A stretch of 64,000 nt of DNA from the human T2T-CHM13v2.0 reference genome, Homo sapiens: the NCBI RefSeq assembly GCF_009914755.1, contig NC_060930.1. The stretch is one strand, 5' to 3'. This document shows, in pieces, positions 1 through 18,692 of this stretch. Positions within the stretch are counted from its first letter, which is position 1. Each line of letters begins with the position of its first letter. Below the pieces are notes generated by a model. It had not been told where the DNA came from. It searched no databases and saw only the letters and a program-made list of their open reading frames with translations. The translations under genes and the position numbers were made by a program.

Positions 1-3000
1 TGATGATGCAGGATAAATGTAATAGTAACAATAAGTCATCAAACATTCTGGCAGACCTGTCAGGAAGAGGAGATGGGGGTGCATGGAAGTGAGCTTGTTG
101 AGAGACAGTTCAATGCAGAAGAAATGACATATGTCATATTTTCCCCACAGTGAAATGATAGAGTACATGGGGATAGCTTAGTGATCAGCAATGTGTGCAA
201 GTTTTGTTTGCCTAGAGCCTGTGGTTGTGTTTCTGGTTACCCTATGTAGCAAAATAATAATGAGTTAATTGAAATAGCAATCAAATTCTGTAGGAAATAA
301 ATCATCTAGAATAAAAGAAAAAATGAAAAAATTAGAAATCACATTTAACTGTAAATAATATCTCCTAGCTGTCTATCAGTCCACAAATTAGGGTGACGTA
401 TATTCAAGGCAGAAAAAAAAATAGATTTGTTGTGCATGTACAGGAAGAAAATATTAGAACTTCCATTTATATGCATATTTATCTAAACATAAGAAAACAT
501 GGACTCATTTTCATTAAAGTGTGTAATATTCAGATTGATATGTATGTGTTCATGGTATGCTGTGTACAAGTTATCCTGAAGAAGAATAGGAGGTCCTATA
601 ATAGGCAAGTTTGCCAATGGCTGCCAGACTCCTTTGTGGAGCTCAGACTGTTAATTTCAGTATACTGTGATGTTGAGCATATCCAATTAAGTTGATTTAA
701 GAATATTTTCTGGGTTTAGTAAAATGTGTCCTATAAAACTGACAAGTGAAAAAAAAAAAACAAAACTCAAACCAACATGAACAAACTGTGGAATAAAATG
801 AGAGTAATAAGAACAAAGTATAAAAGAAAATAGCATCACTGATATTTTTCAGAGTATAACTATCTAAACCATATTATGAAGAATAGTAGTCTAATATGAT
901 GAACACCAACCCCCAAAAGCTCAAAATCACAACAATTTAAAATATTAATATTTACCTGGTTTCATTAATGATAAATCAGAACTTACACACTGTGTTTTAA
1001 GATGTGAATGGCTGTATAAAGCCGTGAAAATAAATAAGACATTCCAAAATTAAGCATCTTGACAATGAAGAGAACCAAAATTTTTGAGAAACATCTCAGG
1101 TCATGCAACTCCCAGTCCAGTATTTCATGCAAGGTCACCAAACAACCCTAAAGAGTTAGAATTTTATTGGAAAAATTCTCACTTAAATAGCAAAAGGCCT
1201 AAATCCACAAACAATTACATAAATATCCTTTTTTTTTTTTGCTATGGTAAAAGTGGTTTAAACACTATCAAGAAAAGAAAAACAGAATTAGAAGTCTCTT
1301 GTCTGCGAACACAAAAATAATGTATAAAAATTGTTGGAAATTTACAAAGCAAGCATTAAAACACATTTATTGTGTGAAACACTTTTTTCTTTGAATTTAA
1401 AGTACATATGCTGCTTCTGTCATAATATAGAGAAAACCATTGAATGAAAGATGCAGTGGAGAAGATAAATTATAAAAGATTGCCCACAGGAGAAATAATG
1501 TACAACTTAAAAGCACTTACTTCATTAATGATAAGCAAGGTAAACAAGGTACTGCAGCAAAAAAGGTTAATAACTGGAAGCATCACTGGCAATACGTGGT
1601 TTCAATACTTGTGTTGTTGGTGAAGAGACCCGCTATACCAGAAGATTGTGCAGAAATCCGTGTAAGAGAGGTTCAAGCATTGGGCCCGGATTTAACAAAC
1701 GTAATGGAAGAGGTCAAGTTTCAGAGATATTAGAGAAGCAAGGCTCAAAAAATGTGCTGGCAGATAGTATGTGGAATATGTGGAAAATATTGAAATTGAA
1801 GATGATACTTAGATTAAAATTTTGTCAAGTGCAACTGAATGGATGATGATACCATAGTTGCTTTCGGTTAAGAGCATCAAATCAAACATACTAAAACTAT
1901 GCTCTATTATATGCATGATGAAGTCTGGAGAGTGTTCTGGAAAATCCAGCAAAGTTTAAATAAATATTCTTTCATAGTCTATACATTTTTCTATTTAAGT
2001 TCATTTGGCTAAAAAAAAATAAGTCTAGGTTATACCTATTAAGTGTCTACCCTTATTAGCTGAGGGGAAGAGACACTATCAGTTGGTATTCTCCTATATT
2101 TATGAGGCAGCTCCTGTAAAACAAACCACTGATCTTTTATGGATCTTCTTGGGGTTACTAGTGAGCAGAGTAGATTTTGTTCACCAAAAATTCTCAGAAG
2201 AAATCTAACAGTACCTTAATAAAGCTGACTTCCAAGGTCACCACTAAATTAAAGCTAAAAATTAACTCTGTTCTATTTTTATCCCAACTTACTTCCAACC
2301 ATATTCAGAACCTGGCCTCAAAAAACATTCTCAAGGAGATAAAATGACATTATAAAAATATTCTCATAATGAAAAACTTCAACAATACAGATGACCAAAT
2401 TTGAATATAAACCCATGTATATTATCAAAATAAGAGATAGATATTTTAAGTCCAAGAGATATATCCTTTTGCAAGTTAAAGAACCAAAACAGTAACATCC
2501 AAAAAAAAAATTAATCTACCGTAAGTTAGAATTTGCTTCTCTGTGGAAAGACTTAATTCTACAATAATGCTAGTCCTCATACCTTAATGTAAAATTTAGT
2601 GCAATTCAAATTATAATCCCAATGAGTTTATTCTTTTTAAAAGGAGATTGGCTAATATGATTTTAAGTGATATGAAAAAAATATCCGGAAAATAGATAAG
2701 AAAAATATAAATAACAACAGAAAAAAAAAAAAAAAACAGGAGAGCACTGGCCTTAACACATATCTAAACAAGCAAAAATTTGTATGAATAGACAAATGTA
2801 CACTTTTATAGCATTGAGAATCCAGATATAGGTAGTGTCAAGTGGAAATAATTAGGAATATTTAATAAATAAAGACAAAATTTATCTTCCAACAAAAAAA
2901 TTAAAAATGAATGCATAAACAAATAGCATCAATTTTATAAAATAAAATTAATTACAAAATTTATGAAAAGTAAACTACACTAGAAAATACTGATGTTTGA

Positions 3001-3229
3001 TCAACGTATGTAAAATAAACTATAAAATAGTGGTATATTTTTGAGCAATTTATTACAAACTATAAAAATTTTAATTATAGAGAAAAAATTATTTTCAATA
3101 TTTTTGAAGATGTTATAAGTTCCTAGGATTTCCAAACAAAAAAAAACAACAAAAATGAAATCTATTTATTTGTGGGAAATATATAATCAAGATAGAGACA
3201 CTGTTGTCAAGATAACAATATACCAACTC

Positions 3230-4875
3230 TGATTCCAGGGAAGATGGAATAATGACATTCCACTCTACTATTTCTCACTGAATATAGCTATAGAAAGCCT
3301 GCAGCTGCTGTATGAGGACTGACTCAAGCAAACAGTAGCAGGTAAAATGGGTAGAAGACCCAAATGCCAGTGAATTTACCATTTTTTCCCCTCAAATATC
3401 CATAGTCTGAACGCAACGCTTCAGAACTGGCCACAGATGGAGTTAGAGAGTGATGGGAGAACTCTGGTTCTGACTCAAAGAGTGGGAAAGGAGACTCCCA
3501 ATGCCTAAAGAGAATACCAGATTCCTTCCCCATCCCAGCCTCCCTGTGCCACATCCCTTTTTTTGTTGTTTTTGTTTTTCTCTCTTTTTCTTTGTACCAG
3601 CCTTAAGCAATTCCGTCATGCTGGTGGTGATAGCCGATGGTGACAAAAGCTTATAGTAGTCAAAATTATGAGGGAGGGGAACTTTCCTTTCTGTTTGCTA
3701 CAGTCATTTTTCCAGGGGGTAGGGGCGACTCCTATTGTTTTTGTTTTATATTGCCTTTTCTTTTGCTTCTTGCATCAGATGGGGATGCAGTCATGGAAGT
3801 GAAGAGCAGAGTATTAAACCCCAACTTCCTGGCAAGAGGTCTAAGTGGAAAGGGAACTGGAGTGCACAGGGGAGATGGCAGAGGGAGGAGCTAAGCAAAG
3901 TGACCCCATCACATTTTTAATAAACTCCTAAATCACCCCTGTGTTGCACAGATGTGGATCTGATTTTATTCAGCATACCAAAGACAAAGAAAATATAGTA
4001 ATAGACCACCAACCACATCACAGATTGACCATTGATGGCAAACACTTAGGATAAATACAAATACAAACAGAACAAAGGTTTGAAAACAGAATGGACATTG
4101 GAGACAAGGCTCAGGGAAGACATTGGAATTTGTGACCTGAAACTAAACAAATCAACTGCTTGCTAAAATAAAATGCATATATCCTCAATAGGATTTAAAT
4201 AAGATCCAGCGTCTCATATTTATTATTTAAAATGCCTAGGGTATAATCTAAAATTATTCAACATATGAAGAACCAGAAAAATATCAACTGATATGGGAAA
4301 AGCCAATCAATAGATGCCCATGTTTAAATGTCGAATTTATCTGACAAACACTTTAAAGTAGCTATTTTTAAATGCCCTTGTAAATAATTGAGAACACTAC
4401 TGAAGTCAATGGAAAAATACAAAGTCTCAGCAAATAGATAAAATATATAAAGAAGAATTGAATGAAAATTTTACAATTGAAAATTGAAATAACTGAAGTG
4501 AAAGTTTTCATTGGGTGGGTTCAATTCAGAATGAAGATGACAGAAAAGAAAAGTCAGTGAACTTGACAGCAGATCAATGAAGATTATCCATCTAAATAGA
4601 GAATTGGTGAAAAAAGTGAAGAGAGCCTCAGACCTGTTAGACAATAAAATTTCTAGCATTTGAGACATCCCTGTACCAAGAAAAGAGATGAAAGAATGCA
4701 GTACTGAAACAAACAAAACAAAAACCTTGAAGAAATTGTGGCTGAATATGACCCCACTGTGCTAAAACACATAAATCCATAGATTCAATAAATACAGTGA
4801 AATCTATACATTCAAAACAAAACCCTTCAGACACATCAGAAGGAAGCTGCTGAAAGCTAAAGACAAAAAGGATAA
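3230..4875 (+). mobile_element. Ancient L1M 5'UTR/ORF1 remnant
   Basis: A-rich, degenerate ORF1-like sequence (e.g. 4330-4870) preceded by an old L1 5'-type start; no ORF; boundaries approximate. Confidence 0.5.
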
Positions 4876-6649
4876 TATAGCTTGAGACATTTATACTGTA
4901 GCTCTTGCTGTTGGACTCCCACATAATATATCTAGGCTCTAATCTATTCCAATCTGCCAGAAAGGCTTTGAAATAATTTTCTTATTCTTCTTCATTAATT
5001 CCAGATGAATTATCCTGGTGTTTGTTTTAAAAGAATGTTGTGTTGTAGCTTCTGCCTTTTTGTTAAATTGAAATATGTGAAAATAAAATTAAACGCCCAC
5101 TGAGGTCATCATACTCTACTTATCCAAGGTGATTTTCCTTTAACTGTTTTATGACCTAGCAGAAAAATATTAACATACTGTAATTTTTATATATTTGAAT
5201 TATTTGTAAATGCAGTGTTCTGATGTAATGCATAAGACTGAGATATTTTATAAGTCATATACATATTATTGTGAATGACATCCATCATTGAAATTATTCT
5301 AAAAACAATATTTTAATGAAATTACTCTAAAAGCAATTTGCATTGATTCAGAAAGGTCTTCAAAATAGAAGTCACTGTAGACCATAGCTATATTTGAGCT
5401 AGATTCATAAAAATACAAGCAATAGAAAGTTAAAGTTAATAGAGTGCTACTTCAAAACAGTATACATGGATATAAGAGTACACATTGTAAATGGAAACTT
5501 TTTTCTTTTTATTACGTAGTGACTTAGTCAAACTCTAATATCCTATCTTTTTCTGATTTTTCAGGCATTTCCCCCAATACAATATAAATTCTACTGTATC
5601 AGACTCAATTCTTAGTAAAGCTTAATCTCATTGAAAATATTAAGAGGATTTAAAATAAATCTTAAGGTAGGAAGCTTAAAAGTGCTTTATATCTATAAAG
5701 TCATATCTATAAAGTCACCTAAGAACTTCAAAGTTTCTAAGAAGGCTTGCTAAAAGAAGTCTTTAAAACATATGCCGAGATAACATAGCATTTATTTTGA
5801 TACACAGATTTACTTTTATCTCTTAGAACTTTTTCAAATCACCTGAGCAGTTGAGTATTGCTCTTTTATAACTAATCCCTTCCCGCACCCACACACCCTG
5901 ATGTATATACAGACCAGTGCACACATAGAAAACAACTGGCTTGTGTATTGATTTAATGATGAGATATTTTGGGGGATAAAACAGGTATGGTTAAACACAT
6001 CTACTAAGACCACTAATATTCCGACTCTATTTCATTTTGAATAAAGTGAAGAAGATCCTAGTTAAAGTGTAAGAACAAGTAGGAAATTCAATTTACACAG
6101 GATGGAGTGGAAGAGGTAATTGTACTTGAATGGAATAGAATGTTAATTATGAAAAGAAAAATTACTGCATTTTGAATGATAAATAACTTTCTAAATTTCA
6201 GTACAATAAAAAATTGATAGACACAGAACTGCAAATGTTAGATTCCAAAGTTATTGTGGAAAGATTAATTTGGTTACACATCTTTTAAAACAAGACCATA
6301 GTAAAATGTGGAATTCAGTATAGATTTTCATATTCTAAGGAGCTTCCCAATTTATTACTGTTCAAAATAGTGGAAAGTTATGTAGGGCTGTTAATAAGTG
6401 GATGTTTGGTGCCTTGCGGAATAATGTTTCTTCTAATATTTATTTTCATATGAAATCAAAGACACTGGTAATTTAAAATGATACACAAAAGGAAACAGCA
6501 CATTTTTACAGCATAAAGTAACATTTTGATAAAAGTATTAATATGGCTCCATTTTCACTTTTGAAAAATAAACATGAATTTACACATTTTTAAATAAACC
6601 ATGCTCATAATGTTCAAACATATCACTTGAATTAGTTCAAGCAAAATAA

Positions 6650-9835
<3,186 letters not shown>

Positions 9836-10789
9836 TTTTAAATAACTTTTAGGTTAAAAATGCGAAGATATTAACATGGATATCATTTTCCAGTTAGTGA
9901 CAGAAAAAAAATTGTTGGAATTTAAAAGTGGGGGGAAAAATCCACTGACAATAGACAAAGCAAGGGAAGAAGAGTTGAATTAGAGGAGAAAGCAGCACTT
10001 TTCATTCAAAGTAATTTGATCCAAAATTTCCACAATTTCCCTGTGATATAGGTAATCTTCTGAGAAAATCTGCATTGTATATTGTGGGATACAGGATTCC
10101 TGTGAAGTTTTGATTATTGACGTATTTAACATTTGTATATTCTATCGTGCATGGTAGTTTAATCTCAAAAGAGAAAAACTGTTTCCCTTTAAAAGTTGAT
10201 GTAGTATATGTCACAAGCTGTGGGGAAGGGGGAGAGCTATGTAATCCAACCAACAAATAATTTCAAAGGTTAGGAAAATGTCTTTCTTGCATTGGTTAAA
10301 AACTAATAAAACTCCTATCAGACATTATGAGAGCAAGATTGTCTGGTTCTAGTACCTACAGAGAAATTTTGCGGTGGAATATAAATGAATCCAAACAGGT
10401 ATGCCACTGCAGGAGATACAATGGAATGTATACTCAGAGTTTCTCAAAACACAAATCTACCATATGTTTAAGGCTGAAAGTTAAAGTAAAATTTTCTGGT
10501 TTTTGACCATTTGAAATTAACTAAAATTGGTAAAGCATTTGTGAAATGACATAATTGTGAAATCTCCCATAAAAGTATTTTTTAAATTTTGGGGAAAAAG
10601 AAAAATTGATACAAGTAGGAAAACCCTGCATGTGGAAATGCAAGCTGGAGGGGAGTACAGAAGAAAAAATAAATAAACTTTTGTTACTTCTGAATATCTG
10701 ATAATTTCCAGATCTACGCAAGATGATTAAGAATGATTACAGAAATTTAAATATTTTCATAAAGATTTAAAATGACAAATCCTAGATGG

Positions 10790-11150
10790 TAGACATTACT
10801 GAGGTCTTGTGTCTCTTCCTTTATACATATACCTATTGAAGTAAGTTGAGACTTTGGTCAATGAAAAGTGAAAGGAACTGGTGTTGGTCATTTCAGGATA
10901 GAAGCATTAAAGAGTCATTGCTCCACCCATGTCCTCTTCTTCCCTCCTGGTGGTAACAAATGAAGTTGCAATAAACTGAAACAGCTGGAAATACAGAGTG
11001 AGTCATTAGGTAGGGAAAAAAACTGCTTCAGAGATTCCTGCAGTTTTGCAGCAAATTTTCTGTAACCCAGAACCAAATGTCTTCGGTGTTAATCTTCTAA
11101 GATTTTGTCTTTGTGCACCACAGTATAACATATCCTATCCTGAGAGAGAC
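10790..11150. mobile_element. Degenerate MLT1-type MaLR LTR
   Basis: Resembles recalled old MLT1 (I/J-like) consensus; boundaries approximate. Confidence 0.4.
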
Positions 11151-11509
11151 ATTGAATAAATTTAAAAAAAATGGTTGATGTGTTTTTATACTTGAATGCA
11201 AATTTAGATAGTAAAATTGCCACTTAAGAATTACAACATTAAATAGATGAAATGTTGTATTTCAGATGAAAAATTTATCTGTTTAGAAAATTATACACAA
11301 AGCCAAGATTATTGGTTTGTTTTGTTTGTTTGTTTTTCAAAATCTTCTTTGGCTCCATAGGACTGATCAGTAAAAATGATAAATCTTCACATGGAATTTA
11401 AGACCTAACTCGACATATCTTTCAATTTCTATCTGATACTAGTGGGAATGTACTCCTAATTTTCATGTGCTTGAAAATTCAACCAAAAGTACAGAATAAT
11501 GAAAAATGA

Positions 11510-11635
11510 CTAAGACCCAGGATACATAGTGACACTCCAGTTCTGCCTGGAGTAGAAACTGTCTTTGGACAGCTCATGCAATCTCTCTCAATTTCTCATC
11601 TGTAAAGTGAAGTGGTTGGAGAGTAGAATCTCTTT
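11510..11635 (+). mobile_element. MIR fragment
   Basis: Core CTCAATTTCTCATCTGTAAAGTG. Confidence 0.55.
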
Positions 11636-11646
11636 AATTTACGCAA

Positions 11647-12022
11647 TATATTAGTCCATTTTCATACTGCTATAAAGAACGGCCTGAGACCGGGTAATTT
11701 GTAAAGTAAAGAGGTTTAATTGACTCACAGTTCAGCATGGCTGAGGAGGCCTCAGGAAACTTAAAATCTTGGTGGAAGGCGAAGGGGAAGCAAGCAAGCT
11801 TCTTCTCAAGGCAGCCAAAAGGAGACGTGCCTAGTGAAGGGGGAAGAGCCCCTTATAAAACCATCACATCTCGTGAGAACTCACTCACTATCAGAACAGC
11901 ATGGGGGAAACTGTCTTTATGATGCAATTACCTCCACCTGGTCTCTCCCTTGACATGTGGGAATTATAAGAATTATAATTCAAGATGAGATTTGTGTGGG
12001 GAGACAAAGCTTAACCATATCA
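11647..12022 (-). mobile_element. THE1 (THE1D-like) MaLR solo LTR
   Basis: Termini TATATTAGTCCATTTTC...AACCATATCA; 5-bp TSD with one mismatch (CGCAA/CTCAA). Confidence 0.88.
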
Positions 12023-14740
12023 CTCAATTTCAAAGACCTGCCTGCAGATGCCTGCTCTACTTTACCACACAAAGGCTTTTATTTCTGTTGTTTCATTTCT
12101 CTGACCTATCTTTTTCTTATTATTATTTCCTAGAAACATCTTATTGTTTCTATGGTTTATCAATGTTTCAAGTACCCACCACAATGCCACTTTTTCCATA
12201 AAGCTTTTCTTCTCTCATTAAAATTGTCTTTGTTTGAATTATATTACATTATCACTGCCTCTTGTAGTGTTTATTTTTTAATCCATCAATTATTTTCATA
12301 TTTTGCCTATTCAATATATTATAAATTTATAAACTGTGAAATACACGTTTAAGATTGAAATACACATTTAAGATTACTTATATGTCACACAATATCCAAT
12401 ATGGCCCTTTTATGTTGTATGTGCTCTAAATACACTTTTAAGAACAATGGGTAAAAAAGCACAAAAAAACACGAGGACAAAAATAATAAAAGAGAAAACT
12501 GAAACATGGCTTGTAGAGAATTATTTTCCTATAAGAACTTATTAGAAAGAGATCACTACCTTTATTCTATCAAGATGAATTATTTGTTCTTTGACTCTAT
12601 TAATCCATTTTCCAAATATTACACTTCTATTTACTATTTTCTTGTCTAAAACCTAAAAGCTTTTACTTAATCTAGGTCTCAGAGTTACTAAGTACTATCA
12701 TCATTGTTTGGAGCGACTTTACTTGGGGGAACTTTGCACTTCACTGATCTTTAAAGAGTGGAGAATAAGAACATTTCAGAATGCATTACGAACATTTTAA
12801 GAGCAGAGAATGTTATCTATGTCACTCAGGTTCTGTTGGATTATCTCACACAATACTGATTGTCACAGTGTGGAATCAAGAAAAAAGTTTAATCAATGGT
12901 TATTTTTTAAACTGCATTTTGAAAGGACATATATAATATGTATATTTATACATATATATTTACATTCACATGAATATATATATACACACACAAACATATA
13001 TATGTCTGATATAATTTTTACATCTCATCCAAATATATACAAAGTGAGCAGAAAATAAGGAAAAATCCATATCTGTCTGGTGTGCATGTGTTTACCACTC
13101 CTCTGTTGTTAAGCAGCAAATATCAAGAAAACTCTTAAGTTGCTTGTGTTTAATAAAAGACTGACATGTTCCAAGCAATAGTAAACTCAATTATGGTTTG
13201 CATAATGATTAACAAAGTGTTATTCTCACACACTGATTTATTTGGTATTCACTTAATAATATAAAACAGATAAAGCAACTATGTATAGATAAAAAATAAG
13301 AAGATTGTCATTTGTCTATGATCAAATTGTTAAAAATTTTAAGGTCATGGCTTGAGCCTAAGTTTTCTTATTCTAAATCTATACTGCTTTGTTTCTTCAA
13401 TCATAAGTGGTATGTCAAAATTTTTCCACTTGGAAAATTTTAACTGTATTTTTTCTTTAATCCTTTCAATAGTTAACTTTATTTGCTCATTAAATAGAGT
13501 TGTTTTACCAGCATACAAAAATGTTTACTGTTTTCTGTCTATGAAACAGTCTATAGCTGTTCTGAAAGCACCACGATATTATTTGAAGAATTTGCTTTTC
13601 CAATTGAACAAGGTCTACTAACATTATATTTATGGACACGTTCCTCTTAGGCCAGTGGATCAAACTATTCAATCAAATCTTCCCTCCTTAGAATATAATT
13701 CTTATCAGAGATCAAAAGAGAAAAGTACACTGATCATGTTGAGATTTATCCTGTATCCCATCCCTAAATCTCTGCACCTGATTTAGTTCTAAATAGCTCC
13801 CAGGTGCTTTTTCCTAGCTAGCCTTCTGTTAATTCTGAGAACTCATTATATCTTTCCAGTAACATACCTTTGATTCAATTAGCCAGTGATATTTGTGTTA
13901 CTTCTTACTAAAGAATCTTGGTACTATTGGTCATAATCAATTTAATCATAAATATTTTTCTCAATACATTACATGTCATACAGGACTAAGCACATACTTA
14001 ATCAAATGTGATGATTGGAAGACAAAAGACTTAATGTATAATTGAATAAGAAATGTATTACTCAATATAATGAATCGTCTACTGAGAATAACATTCAGTG
14101 ACCTGCCCAGCCCAGAAACACGTTAACTCATTCACTTAGAAAATGACATTTTGTTACTCGAGAGCTAGAATGCATGAGATGTAATTATCACTGGGTAACT
14201 ACAAGAGTGATTTTTGCATTCCCATAAGTCTCAGGGTTAAATTTCTGTACTTCATCATATATATGATGGAAGATATAATTTCTTTAATGATATAATATGA
14301 TATGAAATGATATATATTATGATATGATACAATAAGAACAACAATAACACATTTATGTATTAGTTTTTCAACCATGGGCAAAACACCAGACACCCAATTT
14401 ATTTAAAGTACACATTGTGTGTTTGAGATGCACTAGTTAGGTTCATTTAAAGCTCATGTAGGTATCTCTATATTTAAAGAATACCTTTAAAAGATTTTAA
14501 GGGGACACCCATATTAAGAGGATAATTGGTGGACTCTATTCAGTAACTGTCCATCATATAGATCATCTTGCTTATAATCATAAAGCCATTGGATCCGTCA
14601 TTGATATTATATTTTTCCAAGTCCATTGTATAACTCGGGTCTGTTATGAAGTAGAAATGGTTATTAATGTAAACAATCAAAACATATAAAAAGGAGATAA
14701 CTTAGTTTTGGATGACAGCGAATTGTAAACAATGCAAGAA

Positions 14741-15111
<371 letters not shown>

Positions 15112-15383
15112 TCAGTAAAGTAATATGATAAAGTGTTATTACCCTTTACATAAAGAAATAGCTCTTCCAAAATTCCAGAAAATTAATAAAAACTAAAAAT
15201 TAAAAGTCAGTTTTAAAACAGGCTGATGAATTTGTATTATAATTAATGTTTGAGGAATCAAAAGTAATTTATTATTTTCATGAATATTGGAACAATAAAA
15301 ATATGTTTTCTATAAGGGTAGCAAGTAGCTGATTTACAAATAAGGCATAGAACTTCAACCTAAAAAGCAAAAACAAGGCAAAG

Positions 15384-15384
<1 letters not shown>

Positions 15385-15421
<37 letters not shown>
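15385..15421. repeat. (TG)n microsatellite
   Basis: Perfect TG run. Confidence 0.95.
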
Positions 15422-15424
<3 letters not shown>

Positions 15425-15446
15425 TTAAAATTAAATAAAAAACAAT

Positions 15447-15605
15447 TGTGGTAGCTTGCGCTTGTCAGTTACTTGATAGGCAGAGGCAGGACGGTCACTT
15501 GAGCCCAGGAGTTCAAAACTTTAAGGTGCTATAATTGCACCTGGAAATAGTCACTGAACTCCAGCGTGGGCAACACAGTAAGACCCTGTCTCTCAATAAA
15601 AAACA
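15447..15605 (+). mobile_element. FAM-type Alu monomer
   Basis: Monomer with the AATAGTCACTGAACTCCAGC segment typical of FAM. Confidence 0.65.
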
Positions 15606-16734
15606 AGGAAGTAGAAAAAAACACAGAAAAGAAGTCAAGAGAATAGGAAAAAAGCCAGTCATGATGGTTAATAGTGGAGGAAGACAGTACTGAGAAAAAA
15701 GTAGAGGAGTTAGGCAAATTAGACATTTAAATTTTCTTTCTTTCTTTTGAAATAATATCTCTGCAGTAAATTATTTGGAATGTTCTATTTAAAAAAATTA
15801 ATCAACCTGCATTTCTGGTAACCAATGATATGTCTTTCCAGTTGTTATACCTAGCAAGGCACTTTTTGAACCAATTTAAAGTTATTTACCAGCGAACAAA
15901 GGAAAGTGTTACCAAAAATTCTAACATTCAAATATTTATTTCTCCTTTGTAGGAAAAGTGTACTAATAAGTGCTAATTAACATTTCTTCTGTTAAATACC
16001 CAAGTTATTCTTTGTTTTCAAAATTGTAACTACATTTCATTGCAAATTGTTTTCATTACTTTTAAACATGCAGAGAATGAGACTGGATTTTTAAAAATAG
16101 CCAGAATTTTGATGCACGTAAGACATTCACTTAAAACACCAAAAGTTTAGAAAATAAGTACACCTCAGAATAGAAGTACTTCTTTGTCTCTCCTTAAATA
16201 ATCAAAATTGTATTGCAAATTTGGGTACTTTCGGCCATTTTATTTTGAGAAGACTGTTTAGTTGTTGTTAGTGAAATCAAAAGAAAAATAGAAAATAAAT
16301 AAAAGTGATTTAATAAAAAGGTATGCTTTGCTGGTTTCCTTTAGGTTACTGGTTGTTTATTTTTCTCTTGTCTCACATATAATGAATCTCTTTCACTGTT
16401 TAAAGGTATCATATTGATAACAATGAAAGACTATTTACTGAACTTATTGATGTAATTTTGCTCATAATTACTAAATATAAAAAAATTAAAATATTCTCAC
16501 AGCATTCTAAAGTAAAAATATTTGGAATGATTTTTACTTACATTATCATAGATATATCTGTGTAGATATATCTTATTCTATTTATTTTATCTAAAATAAT
16601 TTATTTTGATATTATTTATAAACAATATTCTATTGCATTAGTATACAATGCAATACAGATTGCATTGATTTTTACCCTCTAGAAAAGTTCAGAAAGATTT
16701 TAAAACATAAGTAGCCTACTCCATATAAAATTTA

Positions 16735-16942
16735 AGTACACATGGGCAACAACAGAAATTGGAGACTATTAGTTGCAGGGCAGAGGGAGAGAGGCAAGGG
16801 TTGAAAAACTAATTATTGGGTGCTAAGCTTAATACCTGGGTAATGAGATCTTTTGTACCCAAACTTCAGTATCATGCCCTATACCCTAGGTAACAAACCT
16901 ACACACGTACCCTCAGGATCCAAAATAAAAGTTGGAAAAAGA
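16735..16942 (+). mobile_element. L1PB/late L1PA 3' end fragment
   Basis: GGGTTGAAAAACTAATTATTGGGTGC...GTAACAAACCTACACACGTACCC...AAAATAAAAGTTG. Confidence 0.75.
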
Positions 16943-17459
16943 AATCTCTAAAGAAAGTAATTTGTTTTTCCTTTGTTATCGCATAGAACCTTATCTGTAG
17001 TTCTTTTACCTTATTTGGTCTTGAATTATTATTTGTATTTATGGATTGTGTCACTATTAGGGGATAAGGTATTTAAAGCAGGGACTATGGTTTGCTATTC
17101 TGTGACTTTTCTACAACTCTGAACGTGATTCCTAAGAGAAGTGAGTAGATGTTTGCTGACTGGACCTGGAACATGTGAATATGTCTATTATTATATTTTC
17201 TTAATATGGTATGCTTAATGTAGTGAGCTAAACAAAATAACAATGTGTATAGAGTATTGTTTAAAATACCCCACTTCCAATTGTTTAAAGTGCAAAAGAA
17301 ATTATATGTTTGAAAGTTAGGTGGAATAAATGAAGATTAAATGATATAGAACTACTCAGAAAACAGGATGACTTTGTGGGGAAGTGAATTTTGACCCTGC
17401 TTTTGAAGAATATATCAAATGTAACTTACAGAGTAAGGATATGTGGGAAGAACATAGGC

Positions 17460-17625
17460 TGTGGATTTCAGAAAATGCTCTTATTTTTTAGCTATGCAAA
17501 CTTAAGCCATTTAACCTAGGATTCTATTTTCTAATCTGTAAAATGAAGGTAACAGCACTCACCTTAACTTACTGGGTGTTTTGAGGTTTAAATGAAATAC
17601 AGAATTTGATAATATTTTGTAGTTT
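17460..17625 (+). mobile_element. MIR
   Basis: TTTTCTAATCTGTAAAATGAAGGTAACAGCAC...GAGGTTTAAATGAAAT. Confidence 0.6.
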
Positions 17626-18235
17626 CTAATTTTGAGTACACATCTAAAATTTTTTCATCTATTTCTTTAGGCCATCAGAGAATAAAAAAATTAACATTTA
17701 AGAAAAAAATATGTTTGCCTTGTAAGTAAGAAATACAGTATTATCCTTCCATATCTCATTCTTGATTTTACTATATCCAAGTTGATAATATAGAGAGAAT
17801 TTTTATATTTTATTTTGCAGTGTACCAGATAATCCTTCAGATAATTGGTATAACTGTTCAATCAACTTAAGATTATGATATTCTTTACTATTCATTCTAG
17901 TTATTGCAACACCTGTAGAACCTATATTTACTTTCCTGTCAGTCAGCTAGGGGACCATACAGACTTTAAGGACTGGTTAGAGAATGATAATATTGATAGA
18001 ATAGAAATTGATTCTGAAACAGTGAAAGAGGTTTGACTCTTACATATAAGACTATAAATCTATGAAGGCGGAACTCCATATACTTTTTTCACCATTATTT
18101 TCTTTCACTTTGATGCATGGCACCTAAAAGCTACTTTACAAAGATTTGTTGCATGCATGCATGAATGAATGAATGAATGAATGGATGAATGAATGAAATT
18201 TAAAAATAAAATTTTAAATCCACAAAAATGCTTTA

Positions 18236-18376
<141 letters not shown>

Positions 18377-18559
18377 TTTACAATACTGTGTTAAAATATT
18401 AAAAACTAGTTCATTAGTATCATGAGCTCAAAGCAAGAAAGAACATATAAAAAATTTTCAGTGTTAATTTCTACTTAAGCTACTCTACAATATCTGTTTA
18501 ATAAAAAAAACTGAAAATTTTAAATTAACATTTATAGTTGTTATAAATACACATCTTAA

Positions 18560-18656
18560 TGTGTGTGCATATATATATATATATATATACATCTTGAGAC
18601 ATATATATACACAAACATTGATATATATATATATATGCACACACACACATACCTTG

Positions 18657-18691
<35 letters not shown>

Positions 18692-18692
18692 T
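18560..18692. repeat. Compound (TA)n/(CA)n/(GA)n microsatellite
   Basis: Direct inspection. Confidence 0.9.

Noticed and set aside
1-3200. Short AT-rich ORFs and faint L2/L1ME remnants
   Set aside because: No coding signature; repeats too decayed to delimit by eye.
12339-12376. Short tandem duplications (also ~5688-5716 and ~44348-44374)
   Set aside because: Two-copy slippage duplications; not arrays and not CRISPR-like.
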